A DNA stretch of 64,000 nucleotides, taken from an uncultured Candidatus Saccharibacteria bacterium (GTDB lineage Bacteria > Patescibacteriota > Minisyncoccia > Phycocordibacterales > UBA12088). Below, one piece after another: positions 63,575 to 64,000 of the stretch; the first letter of the stretch is position 1; each line of letters opens with the position of its first letter. The position numbers and the translations under genes are program-made. The notes under the pieces are model-generated. The model searched no databases. It was not told the origin of the DNA and saw only the letters and a list, made by a program, of their open reading frames with translations. The stretch is from contig CAZMLK010000002.1 of assembly GCA_964567265.1 (NCBI GenBank), positions 138,813 to 202,812 of the forward strand, given 5' to 3'.

Positions 63575-64000
63575 ATGGATACCAACACTATCGTTTTCAT
63601 GGGGCGGCCCGGTTCTGGCAAGGGCACGCAGGCAAAGCGCATTGCTGCGCATTTCGGCTACGACTACTTCGGCACGGGCGCGCTCTTCCGCGAACTCAAG
63701 GCGGAAGACTCCATGCTCGGGCGTAAAGTCGCCTCGACCATCGATGAGGGACACCTCATGCCCCATTGGTTCGCGTCCCATCTCGTCGTCGACAAGCTTG
63801 TCACGACGCCGCTTGAGACCGGCATCGTCTTCGATGGTTCCAACCGAACGCTCGCGGAAGCGGAACTCTTCTTCGAGGTCGCGACCTGGCTCGGGCGTCC
63901 GTACCGCGTCATCTGCCTCGCGGTAAGCGAGGAGACGATCGCGAAGCGGATCCAGATCCGTGGAGAGCAAAGCGGCCGCCCAGAGGACGCGCTCGCGATC
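63575..64000 (+). CDS. adk: Adenylate kinase (3' end outside window)
   Basis: MDTNTIVFMGRPGSGKGTQAKRIA P-loop; open to window end. Confidence 0.9.
   Translation, partial: MDTNTIVFMGRPGSGKGTQAKRIAAHFGYDYFGTGALFRELKAEDSMLGRKVASTIDEGHLMPHWFASHLVVDKLVTTPLETGIVFDGSNRTLAEAELFFEVATWLGRPYRVICLAVSEETIAKRIQIRGEQSGRPEDALAI

Noticed and set aside
1-64000. Scan for CRISPR arrays, rRNA, tmRNA, transposases, integrases and group I/II introns
   Set aside because: No regularly spaced direct repeats, no rRNA-like or tmRNA signature sequences, and no ORF with recombinase or transposase motifs were seen. The absence is by eye only and should be confirmed with dedicated tools.

Overview
GC-rich bacterial window with strong GC3 bias, about 105 supported features, and no rRNA, CRISPR array, transposase or integrase. 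By inference it comes from a small-genome, CPR/Patescibacteria-like organism. The evidence for that is no rpmD (L30) between rpsE and rplO, many small membrane-anchored orphan proteins, a type IV pilus plus ComEC DNA-uptake gene set, and only fragments of metabolism.

Gene content:
- 1-20 kb: housekeeping genes (S1 protease, tRNA-Gly, SDR, rarA, hup, rny, clpP, a TipA-like MerR regulator, a SET-domain protein, ybjQ, tig, ppa, nusA) mixed with orphan secreted or membrane proteins.
- 20.4-27.4 kb: type IV pilus module (pilB, pilC, three prepilin-like proteins).
- 27.5-39 kb: tpiA-pgk, ybaK-like, SRPBCC, HIT, recJ, rnhA, comEC, sod and a stand-alone MBL (ComEC C-terminal-like) gene.
- 40.2-64 kb: the str/S10/spc ribosomal-protein super-operon through secY and the start of adk.

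Main observations:
1. The ribosomal super-operon is broken at five junctions by orphan cassettes. Each cassette is bracketed by its own intrinsic terminator and a TTGACA-type promoter.
2. At the rpsJ/rplC junction, the 3' end of rpsJ plus its terminator is repeated (one full copy, one partial copy) around the first inserted genes. This looks like serial cassette capture.
3. Two near-identical minus-strand terminator hairpins, each with a TTGACA promoter upstream, lie upstream of sod. They suggest tandem small RNAs or an attenuator.
4. Many genes show a -10 hexamer followed by 6-10 nt and then ATG (leaderless architecture). Ribosomal genes lack Shine-Dalgarno motifs.
5. Also noted: a conserved four-Cys N-terminal module in three secreted proteins, a trigger factor without a PPIase domain, and short repeats of the tRNA-Gly T-arm downstream of the tRNA.

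All functional calls rest on motifs read by eye. No database search was possible.
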